A DNA stretch of 64,000 nucleotides from an uncultured Gammaproteobacteria bacterium (GCA_964521295.1 CAZFRF010000001.1:71751-135750); one strand, 5' to 3'. Positions 29,349 to 40,971 are shown, counted from the stretch's first letter. Notes: generated by a model from the sequence alone, not told the origin. Made by a program: numbers and translations.

Positions 29349-30281
29349 ATGCAAAACGAACTGCCTGGTTTAATAGATCAATTCTTAGAATACATGGAAA
29401 TTGAAAAGAATTGCTCGAAGCTAACTCTACGTGATTATAGACACTATTTGGAGGTTTTTGCAAATTGGTTTACTACTACACAGCAAGGTAAAACCGTTGA
29501 AGATCTTGATCTTTCTCTTATTCGAAAATACCGTGTTTTCCTAGCTAATAAGGCTGACGCTAAGGGTCAAACAATGCAACGTGTAACCCAGAATTATTAT
29601 GTTATTGCCTTGCGTTCCTTTCTTAGATTTTTAATAAAAAATGACTTCAAAACACTTGAGCCATCAAAGATAGATTTACCCAAGACTGAGTCTAGAAATC
29701 TTAAGTTTTTAGATAAAGATCAGGTTGATCGCTTAGTAACCGCTGCTGATACGTCCAAAGAAGAAGGCCTTCGAGATCGAGCTATTATGGAGCTTTTGTT
29801 TTCAACCGGCCTCAGGGTTTCAGAACTTGTTAGTTTAGACGTTGATAAGATCAATTTTGACCGTAGAGAGTTCGGAGTTATAGGTAAAGGAAAACGATTA
29901 AGATTAGTGTTCATTTCTGATAGAGCGGCAGATTGGGTCAAGAGATATATAGATACAAGAAAAGATCAATTTAAACCTTTATTTATTCGCTACTCTGGAA
30001 GAGTTGAGGAAATTGATAGTGGTGAGCGGATGCGACTTACTGTTAGGAGCATTGAAAGGATAGTAAAAAAATATGTTCAAAAAGCAAGGATCCCTGTTAA
30101 TGCAACAGTCCATACTCTTCGACATAGTTTTGCTACAGACTTACTTCATAATGGTGCTGATTTAAGAAGTGTTCAAGAAATGCTCGGACATAAGAATATT
30201 GCTACAACCCAAATCTATACCCATATTACCAATCCCCAACTTAGAGATACACATAAAAGTTACCACAGTGGAAATAAGTAG
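29349..30281 (+). CDS. XerC/XerD-family tyrosine recombinase
   Basis: STGLRVSEL, GKGK, HTLRHSFATDLL, LGH, TTQIYTH catalytic residues. Confidence 0.95.
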   Translation: MQNELPGLIDQFLEYMEIEKNCSKLTLRDYRHYLEVFANWFTTTQQGKTVEDLDLSLIRKYRVFLANKADAKGQTMQRVTQNYYVIALRSFLRFLIKNDFKTLEPSKIDLPKTESRNLKFLDKDQVDRLVTAADTSKEEGLRDRAIMELLFSTGLRVSELVSLDVDKINFDRREFGVIGKGKRLRLVFISDRAADWVKRYIDTRKDQFKPLFIRYSGRVEEIDSGERMRLTVRSIERIVKKYVQKARIPVNATVHTLRHSFATDLLHNGADLRSVQEMLGHKNIATTQIYTHITNPQLRDTHKSYHSGNK

Positions 30282-30282
30282 A

Positions 30283-30894
30283 TTAAAGCTTTGTAAGTGA
30301 GGAAACAATCTTATCTGCTTCTGGAAATATGACTGCATTTTTCTCAGGTATTCCTTGTTCTTTTGTTAAAGAAATCCCTCCAAAACTAGTTGGTGAGCCG
30401 AATGATCCATCGGTGGTGTTTTTTTGACAATAGGTGTAGGAATCTGAATTATTGTTGGTTTGCCCTCTTCTGAAAATATACCCATTGGGATTATTAATCT
30501 CTACAAATGTAGTAAAGGTCTGTGCCATTGGTACGTCCTCATCTCCTGGGTAAAGACACCCTCCTCCTCCACCAGCAAACTGATATATGACTAAGTTATA
30601 TCCGAGCTTAGAGAGGATTAATCTGTCCATGCTTTCGCCCTGTTCTCTTTGGGAAGTCCATCCATCAGGTAGTTGAAGAGAGTATTTGTTAAATACCAAT
30701 ACTCCTCCAGCTTCAACAGTTTTTGTAACTTGCGATGTAGGCGAAGCAGTTTCTGCAGTTACAAAAGGAGTTGGGCTTACTGAGGTCATTATTTCTGCTT
30801 TATTTGTATTAGATTTTGTTCCTAAATAATATGCTCCACCAGCTATTGCTAGAACTAAAATTAAGATGGAAATAATGCTAAGAAGATATTTCAT
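30283..30894 (-). CDS. Membrane-anchored extracytoplasmic protein
   Basis: N-terminal TM with GGAYYLG, S/T/P linker, LPDGW. Confidence 0.75.
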   Translation of the reverse strand: MKYLLSIISILILVLAIAGGAYYLGTKSNTNKAEIMTSVSPTPFVTAETASPTSQVTKTVEAGGVLVFNKYSLQLPDGWTSQREQGESMDRLILSKLGYNLVIYQFAGGGGGCLYPGDEDVPMAQTFTTFVEINNPNGYIFRRGQTNNNSDSYTYCQKNTTDGSFGSPTSFGGISLTKEQGIPEKNAVIFPEADKIVSSLTKL

Positions 30895-31655
30895 TAGTAT
30901 GTTTCGTAATAGATTGTTACTCCTACATTTACTTTATTTTGTCCTGGTGTAATGCTGGTTGAATCTAAACTAGGTTCGCTTTTTTGAGCACTCATAAAAA
31001 TGGGTTGAGGATTTGTTCCGGAGGAAACAACATTAATAATTCTACCGAGCTTAATACCTGCTGAATTAGCTAGGAATTGAGCCTGAGTTTTAGCTTTGTT
31101 AACTGCTTTTTCAGTAGCTTCTTTTTCTAATTCTTCTTGTAGCTCTTTAGAGAAAGTAAAATTAGCTGAGCTTACTAAATTTGCACCATCTTTAGTTACT
31201 AAATCTGTAATTTTATTTACCTCATTTATTTTTACGTTAATCTCCAAATTTTGGGTTACTTCAAATCCATTAGAACTTGGTCTAGTGGGAAAAGATAAAT
31301 CTGTTCCACCGTTATAGTTTGGATTAACAGAATAATTTGTAGTTTTAATATCCACTTCTTTTACCCCCTGAGCTTTTAAATCACTGATTAGCTTATTTGT
31401 TACTGTATTTACTTGTTTTTGGGCGTCTTCAACTGTCGTAGCTTGTTTAGTAACCCCTGCGTAGATGATTGCTTGATCAGGTGCAGCTGTTACTTCAGCA
31501 TTGCCTGAGGCAGAAAAAAGATCTGTTTTTGTAGTATTGACGTTATTTACATAAAAAGGAATAGGTCCAAAGATTTTTGTATAAATTAAAAGTAGTACAA
31601 AAAAAGTAGCTATGGTAACTATTGGAGTTTTAAATTGATTCCAAAAATTTTGCAC
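30894..31655 (-). CDS. SIMPL/DUF541 domain protein
   Basis: AAPDQA, IKTTNYSVNPNY, AGIKLGRI, ITPGQ. Confidence 0.9.
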   Translation of the reverse strand: MQNFWNQFKTPIVTIATFFVLLLIYTKIFGPIPFYVNNVNTTKTDLFSASGNAEVTAAPDQAIIYAGVTKQATTVEDAQKQVNTVTNKLISDLKAQGVKEVDIKTTNYSVNPNYNGGTDLSFPTRPSSNGFEVTQNLEINVKINEVNKITDLVTKDGANLVSSANFTFSKELQEELEKEATEKAVNKAKTQAQFLANSAGIKLGRIINVVSSGTNPQPIFMSAQKSEPSLDSTSITPGQNKVNVGVTIYYETY

Positions 31656-31732
31656 AAATTTATATTACCTTTTTATTTTGTAACTGTCAAATTACATTGA
31701 CAAATAAGGCTAAATAAGTTAAATTAGCGCCT

Positions 31733-32452
31733 ATGGCAGTAAATAGATTTGAAAGACTAGATAGGCATGAATTACCTATCCAAGCAGTTGTTGATCGTAG
31801 TCCTGCATCTTTTCAGGCAACAGTCCCTCTACATATGTCAATTTTTTGGGGACTTAGAGATGGTTCTCCAAGACTTGATCAAGTTGCATATGACAAAGGA
31901 CTATTAAAAGATGCATATAAGGTGGTTGGAGCGTGGTATGACGAAGATATGGATTATCATCTTGGTGCTTTAGAGCCTGATGAGCGAAAGAGCGCAGAAA
32001 GGGATTGGAAAAATTACCTTAGATTTAATCTTGATTGGACACTTGGCTCGTCTAAAGGCACAGAGGTATTGGATTTAACAGTTAGACATAATGGAACAAG
32101 AGACGTAGTCGCTGTCCAGCCAGATCCAATTGCGCTTCTAAATGTGCGTAAAGCTAGTGGTGAGTACTACGGTCCTGAAATGCTTAAGGGAGACTCGGTA
32201 GAAATTATTGGTAAGCCTGAAAGTGTTGTTGATTTTGTATTTCTTTCTCCTGAAAAAATGCTTCAGTATGGAATTGAGGTAGATCAATTTAGAGTTGATC
32301 ATGAGGTAGGAGTTGCAAGAGTGCTTTCGACTGCTTTTCGTACAGATTATTTGACAGGAAATGCGGCAATTCCTAGAGCATTTTTACTTAGAAATTACTC
32401 AGTGTTTTATGCAAATCGCTTATTGGATTCTTTAAGAGTTGCTATGAATTAA
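31733..32452 (+). CDS. Hypothetical protein
   Basis: 239-aa ORF; TTGACA-17-TAAATT 7 nt before the ATG. Confidence 0.75.
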   Translation: MAVNRFERLDRHELPIQAVVDRSPASFQATVPLHMSIFWGLRDGSPRLDQVAYDKGLLKDAYKVVGAWYDEDMDYHLGALEPDERKSAERDWKNYLRFNLDWTLGSSKGTEVLDLTVRHNGTRDVVAVQPDPIALLNVRKASGEYYGPEMLKGDSVEIIGKPESVVDFVFLSPEKMLQYGIEVDQFRVDHEVGVARVLSTAFRTDYLTGNAAIPRAFLLRNYSVFYANRLLDSLRVAMN

Positions 32453-33259
32453 TGTGTTTTCTGAGGCTAAAACGAGATTGCGCATAAGTATTGCAACATT
32501 AACAGGTCCTACTCCGCCAGGAGTTGGGGTATAGAAGAGAGATTTATTTTCAACTTCTACTTCTTCATAGTCCCCTTTTAGTTTTCCTTCCACCGTATGC
32601 ATTCCAACTCCAATTAAAATTACATTGTTTTTGATATTTCCTGAGTTTAAAATATTTTTTCCAACAGCGGAAACAATAATATCTGCATTTCTAAATATTT
32701 CATCTTTATTTTCAGTTTGACTATCTACATAAGTAGTGTTAATACCTAGTTTTTTGAAAAGTTGTCGAATAGGGTTACCTGCAGTAATCCCCTTCCCTGC
32801 TAGAACAATATTTTTTGATTTTAAATCTATATTTGGATCTGCTTTAGTAATTAACTCAATTACAGCTTCAGCAACCGGTGTTTTAAAAGGAGAGTTAGAG
32901 TGAAATCCATCAATATCTTTTGTAGAAGTTACAGCTTCAGAGATAGTTTGCTCATCAAACTTACTTGGCATTGGTCTTTGGACAATTATTCCATTGACCT
33001 TGGGATCATTATTTAGCTTTTCAATTAAATCATAAACTGTTTTTTGATCAATATTTTCCTCAAATCTTTTGATAGTTATTTGGGCCCCAATATATTCAGC
33101 TTTTAATATTTTTTGTTTTAAATAACTTTCAGTTTGGGGATTATTACCAAAGGTAATAATATACATTTGAGGAACAAGTGCTTTAAACTTAAGAATCTCT
33201 ACCCTTTGCTTTAAATCGTCTAAAATTTGTTGCGCCAAAGCTTTTCCATCTATTTTCAT
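32432..33259 (-). CDS. folD: Methylenetetrahydrofolate dehydrogenase/cyclohydrolase
   Basis: IDGKALA, GIIVQRP, KDIDG, TPTPGGVGP. Confidence 0.93.
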   Translation of the reverse strand: MKIDGKALAQQILDDLKQRVEILKFKALVPQMYIITFGNNPQTESYLKQKILKAEYIGAQITIKRFEENIDQKTVYDLIEKLNNDPKVNGIIVQRPMPSKFDEQTISEAVTSTKDIDGFHSNSPFKTPVAEAVIELITKADPNIDLKSKNIVLAGKGITAGNPIRQLFKKLGINTTYVDSQTENKDEIFRNADIIVSAVGKNILNSGNIKNNVILIGVGMHTVEGKLKGDYEEVEVENKSLFYTPTPGGVGPVNVAILMRNLVLASENTLIHSNS

Positions 33260-33288
33260 GACTCTATTATACTATATTTAGCTTCGAG

Positions 33289-35754
33289 TTATTCTTCGAT
33301 GCAAGCTGCGGAGGCAACGTGGTCACCTGTTTTAGAAAATCTCATCAAGATTACTCCCTGAGTCGCACGGGATAATGCAGGAATATCATCCATACTTAGT
33401 TTTACAATTTGGCCTTTTTGAGATGTAATAATAACTTCTTTGCTGCTTTCTGGAACTACTTGAGAATAGGCAATTTTACCTGTCTTGGTTGTTACTTCAG
33501 CAACTTTTACGCCTTGTCCTCCCCTCCCCTGCTTAGGGAACTGATCGACTCCAGTTTTCTTGCCATAACCATTTTCCATAATAGTTAGAGCAAAAGCTTT
33601 AGAGCCTTTATGAACAATATCCATTTGAATTACTTCATCATCTTTGCCAATTAATATTCCTCTAACACCCATGGTGTTTCTACCCATTGGTCTGACTTGC
33701 TCCTGAGCAAATCTAATGGATTTACCATTTCTGGTAATGAGTAATATTTCATCATTGTCAGTCGTTAATTTGCTCCAGACTAATTCATCACCTTTATCGA
33801 GTTTAATAGCGGCAATTCCAGATTTTCTAATATTTTCAAACTCAGATAATTTACTTTTTTTAACAGTACCATTTCTAGTAGTTAGGAATACATAGGTGGA
33901 TTTATCATTTTTACCATAGGAAACAAATGCCTCAACTTTCTCTCCTGCTTCAATATTCAAGAGATTAACAATAGCAGTTCCCTTGCTTGTTCTTGAGCTT
34001 TCAGGAATTTCATAAGCTTTGGTTTGGTAAACCTTTCCTTTATTGGTAAAGAACAAAAGATTGTCATGAGTTTGTGCTGATTTAATATCAGCGATCATGT
34101 CTTCTTCTTTAGTGGTCATACCAATAATTCCTTTGCCACCGCGCTGTTGCGTCTTAAAGCTTTGTGAGCTTTGTCTTTTAATATACCCAGTTTGAGTTAT
34201 GGTAATAACTGTAGCTTCATTTGGAATTAAATCTTCTTCTGAGAATTCTCCCAGTTTTCCTTTATAGACTTTTGTTCTTCTTGGGTCATTATATTTTTCT
34301 TTTAATTTAGCAAGTTCATCTTTAATAACAACTAAAATTTTAGCTGGATGAGCAAGGAGGTCTTCAAGATAAGCAATCAGCTCTTTTACCATTTGGTATT
34401 CTTCTTCAATTTTTTGTCTTTCCAGAGCAGCTAATCTTCTTAACTGTAAGTCCAAAATTGCGGTTGCTTGGAGTTCAGATAATTTAAATCTAGTCATTAA
34501 ATTATTTTTTGCGTCTTCTTGGGTTTTACTTTCTCTAATGGTTTTAATAACAGCGTCTAAATTGTCGACTGCAATTTTTAAGCCTTCTAAAATATGAAGT
34601 CTTGCTTTTGCTTGTTTTAATTCAAATTCACTTCTTCTTTTTACTACTAAATATCTGTGTTTAATAAATTCTTCAAGGATCGATTTTAAGTTAAGAGTTT
34701 GTGGAGTTCCATCAACTAAGGCAACTATATTTGCAGAAAAAGTTGTTTGCAAAGCAGTGTATTTAAAGAGATTATTTAAAACTTTCTTTGGAGATGCATC
34801 TCTTTTAAGCTCAACAACTACCCTAATTCCGTGTCTATCTGACTCGTCTCTTAAATCTGAAATTCCTTCAATCTTTTTTTCTTTAGCAAGGTCTGCGATT
34901 CTGGCAACAAGTAAGGCTTTATTTACTTGGTATGGAAGCTCAGTAATGATAATTGCGGATTTTCCTCCACCGATTTCTTCAATCTCTGCTTTTCCTCTAA
35001 TAAGTACTCTTCCTCTGCCAGTTGTGTAGACATTGCGAATTTCAGACATGTCATAGATGTTGCCTGCTGTTGGGAAATCTGGTCCTTTAATAAACTCTAA
35101 GAGTTCATCAACGGTGGCTGTCGAAGTAACGCCAAATGGTTCATGGGTAACTTTTGCAGTTGAAATAACATGGAAAAGTGCGTCAACTACCTCACCAAGA
35201 TTATGTGGTGGAATTTTGGTTGCCATACCAACGGCAATACCTTCAGATCCCATAAGTAAAAGATTAGGAAGTAAGCTTGGTAAAAAGACTGGTTCTTTAA
35301 GGGTTGCGTCAAAGTTCTCTGTATAATCTACAGTTTCTTTTTCCATATCTAAAAGCATTTCAGCAGTGATTGCTGCCATTCTAGCTTCTGTGTAACGCAT
35401 AGCTGCTGGTGGATCTCCATCCATTGATCCAAAGTTTCCTTGGCCATCGACTAATGGATAACGCATAGCAAAATCTTGAGCCATACGAACTAAGGAGTCA
35501 TAGATTGGCACATCTCCATGAGGATGATATTTTCCCATTACTTCTCCGACAACGGTTGCAGACTTTTTATATTTAGCAGAATGAGTTAGGCTCATTTCAT
35601 GCATAGCAAAAAGAATTCTTCTATGTACTGGTTTTAATCCATCTCTAACATCTGGGAGCGCTCTGGAGACTATAACAGACATTGCGTAATCTAAATACGC
35701 ACGTTTCATTTCTTTTGCGATTTCCGTATTTTGAAGTTTTCCTATATCTGCCAT
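33289..35754 (-). CDS. gyrA: DNA gyrase subunit A
   Basis: [23 protein letters not shown], GyrA-box QQRGGKG, beta-pinwheel repeats. Confidence 0.98.
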   Translation of the reverse strand: MADIGKLQNTEIAKEMKRAYLDYAMSVIVSRALPDVRDGLKPVHRRILFAMHEMSLTHSAKYKKSATVVGEVMGKYHPHGDVPIYDSLVRMAQDFAMRYPLVDGQGNFGSMDGDPPAAMRYTEARMAAITAEMLLDMEKETVDYTENFDATLKEPVFLPSLLPNLLLMGSEGIAVGMATKIPPHNLGEVVDALFHVISTAKVTHEPFGVTSTATVDELLEFIKGPDFPTAGNIYDMSEIRNVYTTGRGRVLIRGKAEIEEIGGGKSAIIITELPYQVNKALLVARIADLAKEKKIEGISDLRDESDRHGIRVVVELKRDASPKKVLNNLFKYTALQTTFSANIVALVDGTPQTLNLKSILEEFIKHRYLVVKRRSEFELKQAKARLHILEGLKIAVDNLDAVIKTIRESKTQEDAKNNLMTRFKLSELQATAILDLQLRRLAALERQKIEEEYQMVKELIAYLEDLLAHPAKILVVIKDELAKLKEKYNDPRRTKVYKGKLGEFSEEDLIPNEATVITITQTGYIKRQSSQSFKTQQRGGKGIIGMTTKEEDMIADIKSAQTHDNLLFFTNKGKVYQTKAYEIPESSRTSKGTAIVNLLNIEAGEKVEAFVSYGKNDKSTYVFLTTRNGTVKKSKLSEFENIRKSGIAAIKLDKGDELVWSKLTTDNDEILLITRNGKSIRFAQEQVRPMGRNTMGVRGILIGKDDEVIQMDIVHKGSKAFALTIMENGYGKKTGVDQFPKQGRGGQGVKVAEVTTKTGKIAYSQVVPESSKEVIITSQKGQIVKLSMDDIPALSRATQGVILMRFSKTGDHVASAACIEE

Positions 35755-35791
35755 TGTAAGTAAATTTACTGCCTTCCTCAGTTAAAAATTA

Positions 35792-37828
35792 TTAGATAAG
35801 GAAAGAAGCGATTAATAGTGCAACGATGTTCAAAACTTTAATCATTGGGTTAATTGCTGGTCCTGCAGTATCTTTGTATGGATCTCCTACTGTATCTCCG
35901 GTAACTGCTGATGCATGCGCAAAACTTCCTTTTCCACCTAAATGTCCTTCTTCAATATATTTTTTAGTATTGTCCCAAGCAGCTCCACCGGTTGTCATGG
36001 AGATTCCTAAGAAAAGACCTGTGACAATGCTTCCTACTAAAAGTCCACCAAGTGCTTTTGGTCCAAGCAAGAAACCAACTACAATTGGTGCTGCGATAGT
36101 AATAACAGTTGGTAAAATCATTTCTTTAATAGCGGCTGTAGTAACAATACTTACTGCTTGGCCATATTCAGGCTTTACTTTTCCAGTCATGATGCCTTTG
36201 ATTTCCTTAAATTGTCTTCTAACTTCGTCAACAACTGCAACTGATGCTTTACCTACGGCTTCCATAGCTAGAGCTGCAAAGATATATGGTAATGCGCCTC
36301 CGATGAAAAGACCTACAACTACTAATGGATCAGAAAGGCTAAAAGCGCTTTCTAAATTAAATTTACCGCTTTTAGTAAGTTCTTGTGTGTAGCTTGCAAA
36401 AAGTACCAAAGCTGCAAGTCCTGCGCTGCCTATAGCATAAGCTTTAGTAACTGCTTTAGTTGTGTTTCCAACAGCGTCTAATGGATCAGTAACATCTCTT
36501 ACTTTTTTATCCATTCCAGCCATTTCAGCAATTCCACCTGCGTTATCTGTGATTGGTCCAAAAGCATCGATAGCAACAATGATTCCAGCTAGAGACAACA
36601 TGCTCATAGCTGCAATTGCTACTCCATAAAGACCTGCTAAATTAAAGGAGACTAAAATTGCCGCTGCAATTAATAGGATTGGTGCTAAGGTTGATTTCAT
36701 CGAAACTGCAAGTCCTGCAATTACATTAGTTCCATGTCCGGTTGAGGATGCATTTGCAATTGTTTTGACTGGAGAAAACTTTTTAGATGTAAAGTATTCA
36801 GTAATACCTACCATACCAATAGTTACGATTAAACCAATGATAGATGTATAGAAAATATTCATACTTGAAATCCCATTTAAGCCTGTTGGAAAAACAGCTT
36901 GAGCTAAGACATAAAAAAGTGCGATTGAAACTACGATTGAAACACCTAGTCCAATATATAGAGCTTGCATGATTCCTGTTCCCCTTACTCTAACAAACCA
37001 TGTTCCAACAATACTTGCAACAATACTTGCTGCTCCAATTAAAAGTGGGAAGAAAACAACTGCTAAATTGTTTGGGAAGAGAAGTTTGCCCAAAATCATT
37101 GCAGCAACTGCTGTAATGACATAGGTTTCGAAAAGATCTGCTGCCATTCCTGCGTCATCTCCAACATTGTCTCCTACTAAGTCTGCAATAACTCCAGGAT
37201 TTCTAGGATCATCTTCTGGAATTCCGGCTTCAATTTTACCTACCATGTCAGTTCCGACGTCAGCTGATTTTGTGAAGATTCCTCCACCAAGCCTTGCAAA
37301 TACTGATATTAATGAACCTCCAAAACCAAGAGCAACAAGTGGTCCGAGGTCACCATGTGCATATTTTTCTAAGATCCAATAAAAGCCTGCAACTGAAAGT
37401 AAAGCAAGTCCTGCAACCATAAGTCCAGTTACCGCACCACCTTTAAAGGCCATATTAAATGCACTTGCTAGTCCTTTTCTGGCTGCTTGAGCTGTTCTAA
37501 TGTTGCTTCTTACAGCAACACTCATTCCTACTACTCCAGCAACGGTTGAAAAAATTGCTCCAATTGCAAAACCTACTGCGTTGTATACACCTAGGAAATA
37601 ATAAAGAATTGCAAAGATAATCACTCCAATTACAGCAACTACTGTATATTGTTTTTTCATGTAGGCTACTGCGCCTTCTGCAATTGCATCAGAAATACTA
37701 TTCATTTTAGCGTCGCCTCTGGGACTTTTTAAAACTTGTGCGGTAAGAACTGCTCCGTAGATAATGGAGATTATGGCTGCAACTATGGTAATAACCAATT
37801 TATGCGTGAATAATAATGATAAATCCAT
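35792..37828 (-). CDS. hppA: Membrane-bound H+-translocating pyrophosphatase (K+-independent type)
   Basis: [42 protein letters not shown]. Confidence 0.95.
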   Translation of the reverse strand: MDLSLLFTHKLVITIVAAIISIIYGAVLTAQVLKSPRGDAKMNSISDAIAEGAVAYMKKQYTVVAVIGVIIFAILYYFLGVYNAVGFAIGAIFSTVAGVVGMSVAVRSNIRTAQAARKGLASAFNMAFKGGAVTGLMVAGLALLSVAGFYWILEKYAHGDLGPLVALGFGGSLISVFARLGGGIFTKSADVGTDMVGKIEAGIPEDDPRNPGVIADLVGDNVGDDAGMAADLFETYVITAVAAMILGKLLFPNNLAVVFFPLLIGAASIVASIVGTWFVRVRGTGIMQALYIGLGVSIVVSIALFYVLAQAVFPTGLNGISSMNIFYTSIIGLIVTIGMVGITEYFTSKKFSPVKTIANASSTGHGTNVIAGLAVSMKSTLAPILLIAAAILVSFNLAGLYGVAIAAMSMLSLAGIIVAIDAFGPITDNAGGIAEMAGMDKKVRDVTDPLDAVGNTTKAVTKAYAIGSAGLAALVLFASYTQELTKSGKFNLESAFSLSDPLVVVGLFIGGALPYIFAALAMEAVGKASVAVVDEVRRQFKEIKGIMTGKVKPEYGQAVSIVTTAAIKEMILPTVITIAAPIVVGFLLGPKALGGLLVGSIVTGLFLGISMTTGGAAWDNTKKYIEEGHLGGKGSFAHASAVTGDTVGDPYKDTAGPAINPMIKVLNIVALLIASFLI

Positions 37829-37879
37829 ATGAACTTAGTCATTATAAATAAATTTTCCTGAGATTTCAAGACTGTCTTC

Positions 37880-37906
37880 CATTTTTCGTGCCGGCAACGA
37901 AAAATG
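37880..37906. terminator. Hairpin between the orphan gene and hppA
   Basis: CATTTTTCGT-GCCGGCA-ACGAAAAATG, perfect 10-bp stem. Confidence 0.45.
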
Positions 37907-37927
37907 TAATTTGGGTTAATAGACGAA

Positions 37928-38473
37928 TTATCTAGATTCGGCTATTGGCTCCCCTACTCTTTTGGACTTACCAAAAGCTTTTTCCAATGGACCAAAAAGA
38001 TCATCGAATCTTTTCTGGGATTGTTTTATTGCCCATTGGTTATTCCTATGCATATTTTCTCCTGGCATCCACCAGTTTACATAGTCAACACTTGCTCTGG
38101 ATGACTCAAGTAAGGATATGATATGTCCTTCAGCGCAGCCTGGACTCATTCTTCTAAAAGAAATTCCCCAGACGCTATTTGTACCCTCACTTTTATTAAT
38201 TGAAACTTGCCAGTTTCTACCAAGTGAATCATTCATATCCAATCCATTTAGTTGTGGGAGAGCGTCTGCTAGTCCCTGAGATCTTTCCAATATTGCTCTG
38301 ACAAAAGGTTCTAGTTCGTCCTGAGAAACCTCTTCCCTAGGTAGATCTTTGAGGTCAGCAAATACCTCTCTTCCATAAGCTAATTCTTGCTCTCTTTCAG
38401 CTTTTTCTCTTTCATATTGTTTTCTAGCAAGCCTAGCTTCTAAAGCTGGATCATATTCTATGTCGCAACCCAT
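37928..38473 (-). CDS. Hypothetical protein (181 aa)
   Basis: Start reassigned to ATG 38473 behind an AAGGAGGTGAA SD. Confidence 0.75.
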   Translation of the reverse strand: MGCDIEYDPALEARLARKQYEREKAEREQELAYGREVFADLKDLPREEVSQDELEPFVRAILERSQGLADALPQLNGLDMNDSLGRNWQVSINKSEGTNSVWGISFRRMSPGCAEGHIISLLESSRASVDYVNWWMPGENMHRNNQWAIKQSQKRFDDLFGPLEKAFGKSKRVGEPIAESR

Positions 38474-38749
38474 TTTATTCACCTCCTTTTCTTTTTTAGG
38501 CTTAACTGATTGGTTTGCAAAAAGAGGAGTGGTTTTTGGTGGCCACTTGAAACATTTAAATAGTTTTCTAGTTATTATTAATGCCATTACTCTTTTAAAT
38601 TTATTTAAAGGAATGGGAAACGAAAAATTGTTTGCAAAAGGGATGGTTTTCTAAAAACCTGTCGGAGACAACAGTAGTAGTGGCGAGGATTGCCATTACA
38701 CTCTAAATATATGGTATTTTAAACTTTCTGTCAATATGGATTTTGGGGG

Positions 38750-39322
38750 TTAAAGTCTAATTTTAAACTTTCGCATTTCTTTAATTAAATCCTCTGCGCC
38801 TTTAAATTGAATTGCATTTATTCCCATTCCTTGTGCTCCTTCGACATTAATGATTCTGTCATCAGTAAATAGGATTTCATCTGGGTTTACCTCAGATTTT
38901 TGAATTAGGATCTTATAAAACTCAGCTTCTGGTTTTATAAATTTATGTCGAGAAGATATTATTAGTTCATCAAATAAATCTTTTATTCCTTGTTTCTCTA
39001 AAAGTTTGTCTATTAAATCATGATGAAAATTGGAAAATAAAAATACTTTGTAGTTTTGACGAAGTTTTTTAATGAGGGCAACAACATCTTTATCTGGTTT
39101 TAGATTTTCGTAAAAACTATTCCAGACGTCTTCAATTCCAGTTAATTCAGAAATTAAATCAAAGACCTCAGTCATAGTCATCTCTCCTCTATCCCACTTA
39201 GGAGTATGGGCTTTATATTTTACCCAGCGAGGTTCTCCTGGGACTAAATTTTCTCTAACCCATTTACTCATGGGTCCTGGAGAAATAACATCGTTATAGT
39301 CAAAAGCGATAACTTTAATCAT
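38750..39322 (-). CDS. HAD-family phosphatase
   Basis: FDYNDV motif I variant, SN, KP, TDD. Confidence 0.88.
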   Translation of the reverse strand: MIKVIAFDYNDVISPGPMSKWVRENLVPGEPRWVKYKAHTPKWDRGEMTMTEVFDLISELTGIEDVWNSFYENLKPDKDVVALIKKLRQNYKVFLFSNFHHDLIDKLLEKQGIKDLFDELIISSRHKFIKPEAEFYKILIQKSEVNPDEILFTDDRIINVEGAQGMGINAIQFKGAEDLIKEMRKFKIRL

Positions 39323-39340
39323 TTTGTGAGTATATAAATT

Positions 39341-39760
39341 CTATATTTCCTTTTCAAATATAATGAAATCTTGATGCTCGTAATGATTTGGCAAAATGGC
39401 AACCTGTTTATATCCATGTTTTAAATAGAATTTCTCAGTTGGCCAACCCTTACCGGTTAAGAGATGGGATTTATGGGCATTCTTTGTTTTAGCGTAATCT
39501 TCAATAAACTCCATAAGCATGCCGCCAACTCCTTTGCCTCTTTCACTTTTAGCAACAATTAAATCGCTAATGTGTAAAATTCCTTGTTCAATTTTTCCAC
39601 AGATTGTGCCAACTATTTTTCCATTTTCCTCTGCTTTGAAGGCATATTCTTCTTCATACCAATCCAAAGCTTTACCATAATACATCTTATCTGCATCAAC
39701 CCATTCTTTTTCAAGAAAGTCTTTTATGTTTGTTTTTTGTGTTTTGTTTATGGTAATCAT
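39341..39760 (-). CDS. GNAT N-acetyltransferase
   Basis: RGKGVG acetyl-CoA motif, FYLKHGY. Confidence 0.92.
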   Translation of the reverse strand: MITINKTQKTNIKDFLEKEWVDADKMYYGKALDWYEEEYAFKAEENGKIVGTICGKIEQGILHISDLIVAKSERGKGVGGMLMEFIEDYAKTKNAHKSHLLTGKGWPTEKFYLKHGYKQVAILPNHYEHQDFIIFEKEI

Positions 39761-39783
39761 TGAGAAATTATATCAAAAGCTAG

Positions 39784-40350
39784 TTATTTGTTTTCTAAGC
39801 TTTTCCATAAATACCAAGAAGCAAGGCTTCTAAAAGGCTTCCAGGTTTCAGAAAGCTTTAAAATATCAATATCTTTTTCTAGATTATATAAATTCTTAAT
39901 TGCTCTTTTCAGGCCAGCATCTCCAATTGAAAAAACGTCTGCTCTTTTTAAAGTAAAGATTAAAATCATCTCTGCAGTCCACTTCCCTACTCCTTTAATT
40001 TTAGTTAATGTTTTAATTACTTCTTCGTCAGACATTTTAGAAATTTGATTTATATCTATTTCTTCATTTTTAAAAGCTTGAGCAATATTTTTAATGTACT
40101 TAGCTTTTGAGTAGCTCATACCAGCGCTTCTTAATTTTTCGCTATCTATTTCTAATATTTCATCAGGGGTTGGAAATGCTGAGTTAAATAAGCTTAGAAA
40201 CCTATTATATATAGTAGTAGCTGCCTTAGTTGATAATTGTTGGCTAATAATGGACTCAATTAATTGTTGTAAAAGATATTCACTTCTATCTTCAAATTCA
40301 TGGGGTCCATATTTGTCATATAGCTTTCTTAAAACTGGATCTTTAAACAT
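39784..40350 (-). CDS. DNA-3-methyladenine glycosylase (AlkA/HhH-GPD)
   Basis: IISQQLS, IKGVGKWTAEM, GDAG, WKPFRS. Confidence 0.93.
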   Translation of the reverse strand: MFKDPVLRKLYDKYGPHEFEDRSEYLLQQLIESIISQQLSTKAATTIYNRFLSLFNSAFPTPDEILEIDSEKLRSAGMSYSKAKYIKNIAQAFKNEEIDINQISKMSDEEVIKTLTKIKGVGKWTAEMILIFTLKRADVFSIGDAGLKRAIKNLYNLEKDIDILKLSETWKPFRSLASWYLWKSLENK

Positions 40351-40368
40351 TGAGAAATTATAACAAAC

Positions 40369-40971
40369 TTAAAAATATAATCTTGGAGGATCAGTTTTAA
40401 AGCCTCTAATTCTGGCAATTGCTTTTCCTTGTTCTGGATGAAATGTTAGGATTTGTGCTTCTCTTTGCGTTAGTCTTCTGCGCATTCGTTGAGTTGCAGC
40501 TTCCAAATCTGCTTGTGCTCTTTCTATTCCTTCTGGATCAAGTAATATGTGCTCACGTCCTATTACAGTTCTTAGCTCATTGTATCCTTTTATTCTTGGT
40601 GTGTCTTGAATTCTGTAATGCCCTGTCCAGACGCCTTCTCCTGCTGCTGATTGGGTTCCAAAAACCCTACGGGTTAATCTATATGCAATAGGCGCAGGAA
40701 CTACAGCTGCTGTCTCGTCAATACCTGGATCTTGAGGCCTGTACATTTTTAAAAGAAATAATCTACTAGATTTGTTTGGTTGGTCAAGGTGCATTCTTCC
40801 TAGTAAATCTGCTCTTCCGTGCATGTCAAAAGCTTCGCCAAATACTCTTCCAGTAGAATTTTCCCTATATAAAAATCCACCAAATTGAGCACGTTCTGCT
40901 CCTAGAAATTGCTGCGTATATTGACCAGAAAAAGTATAAATATTAAATGCTTGTTCGCTTCTTGCACGCAT
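40369..40971 (-). CDS. Hypothetical protein
   Basis: Start ATG 40971, 6 nt after TTGACA-17-TATTAT. Confidence 0.7.
   Translation of the reverse strand: MRARSEQAFNIYTFSGQYTQQFLGAERAQFGGFLYRENSTGRVFGEAFDMHGRADLLGRMHLDQPNKSSRLFLLKMYRPQDPGIDETAAVVPAPIAYRLTRRVFGTQSAAGEGVWTGHYRIQDTPRIKGYNELRTVIGREHILLDPEGIERAQADLEAATQRMRRRLTQREAQILTFHPEQGKAIARIRGFKTDPPRLYF

Noticed and set aside
29349-30281. Prophage or integron integrase
   Set aside because: No phage genes, att sites or attC arrays, and no IntI-specific insertion; size and motifs are Xer-like.
35826-36392. 188-aa antisense ORF and similar shadow ORFs opposite conserved genes
   Set aside because: They lie wholly antisense to well-supported genes and reflect codon bias.
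38474-38587. N-terminal extension of the 37928 ORF
   Set aside because: A perfect SD precedes ATG 38473, so the extension is more likely untranslated leader.
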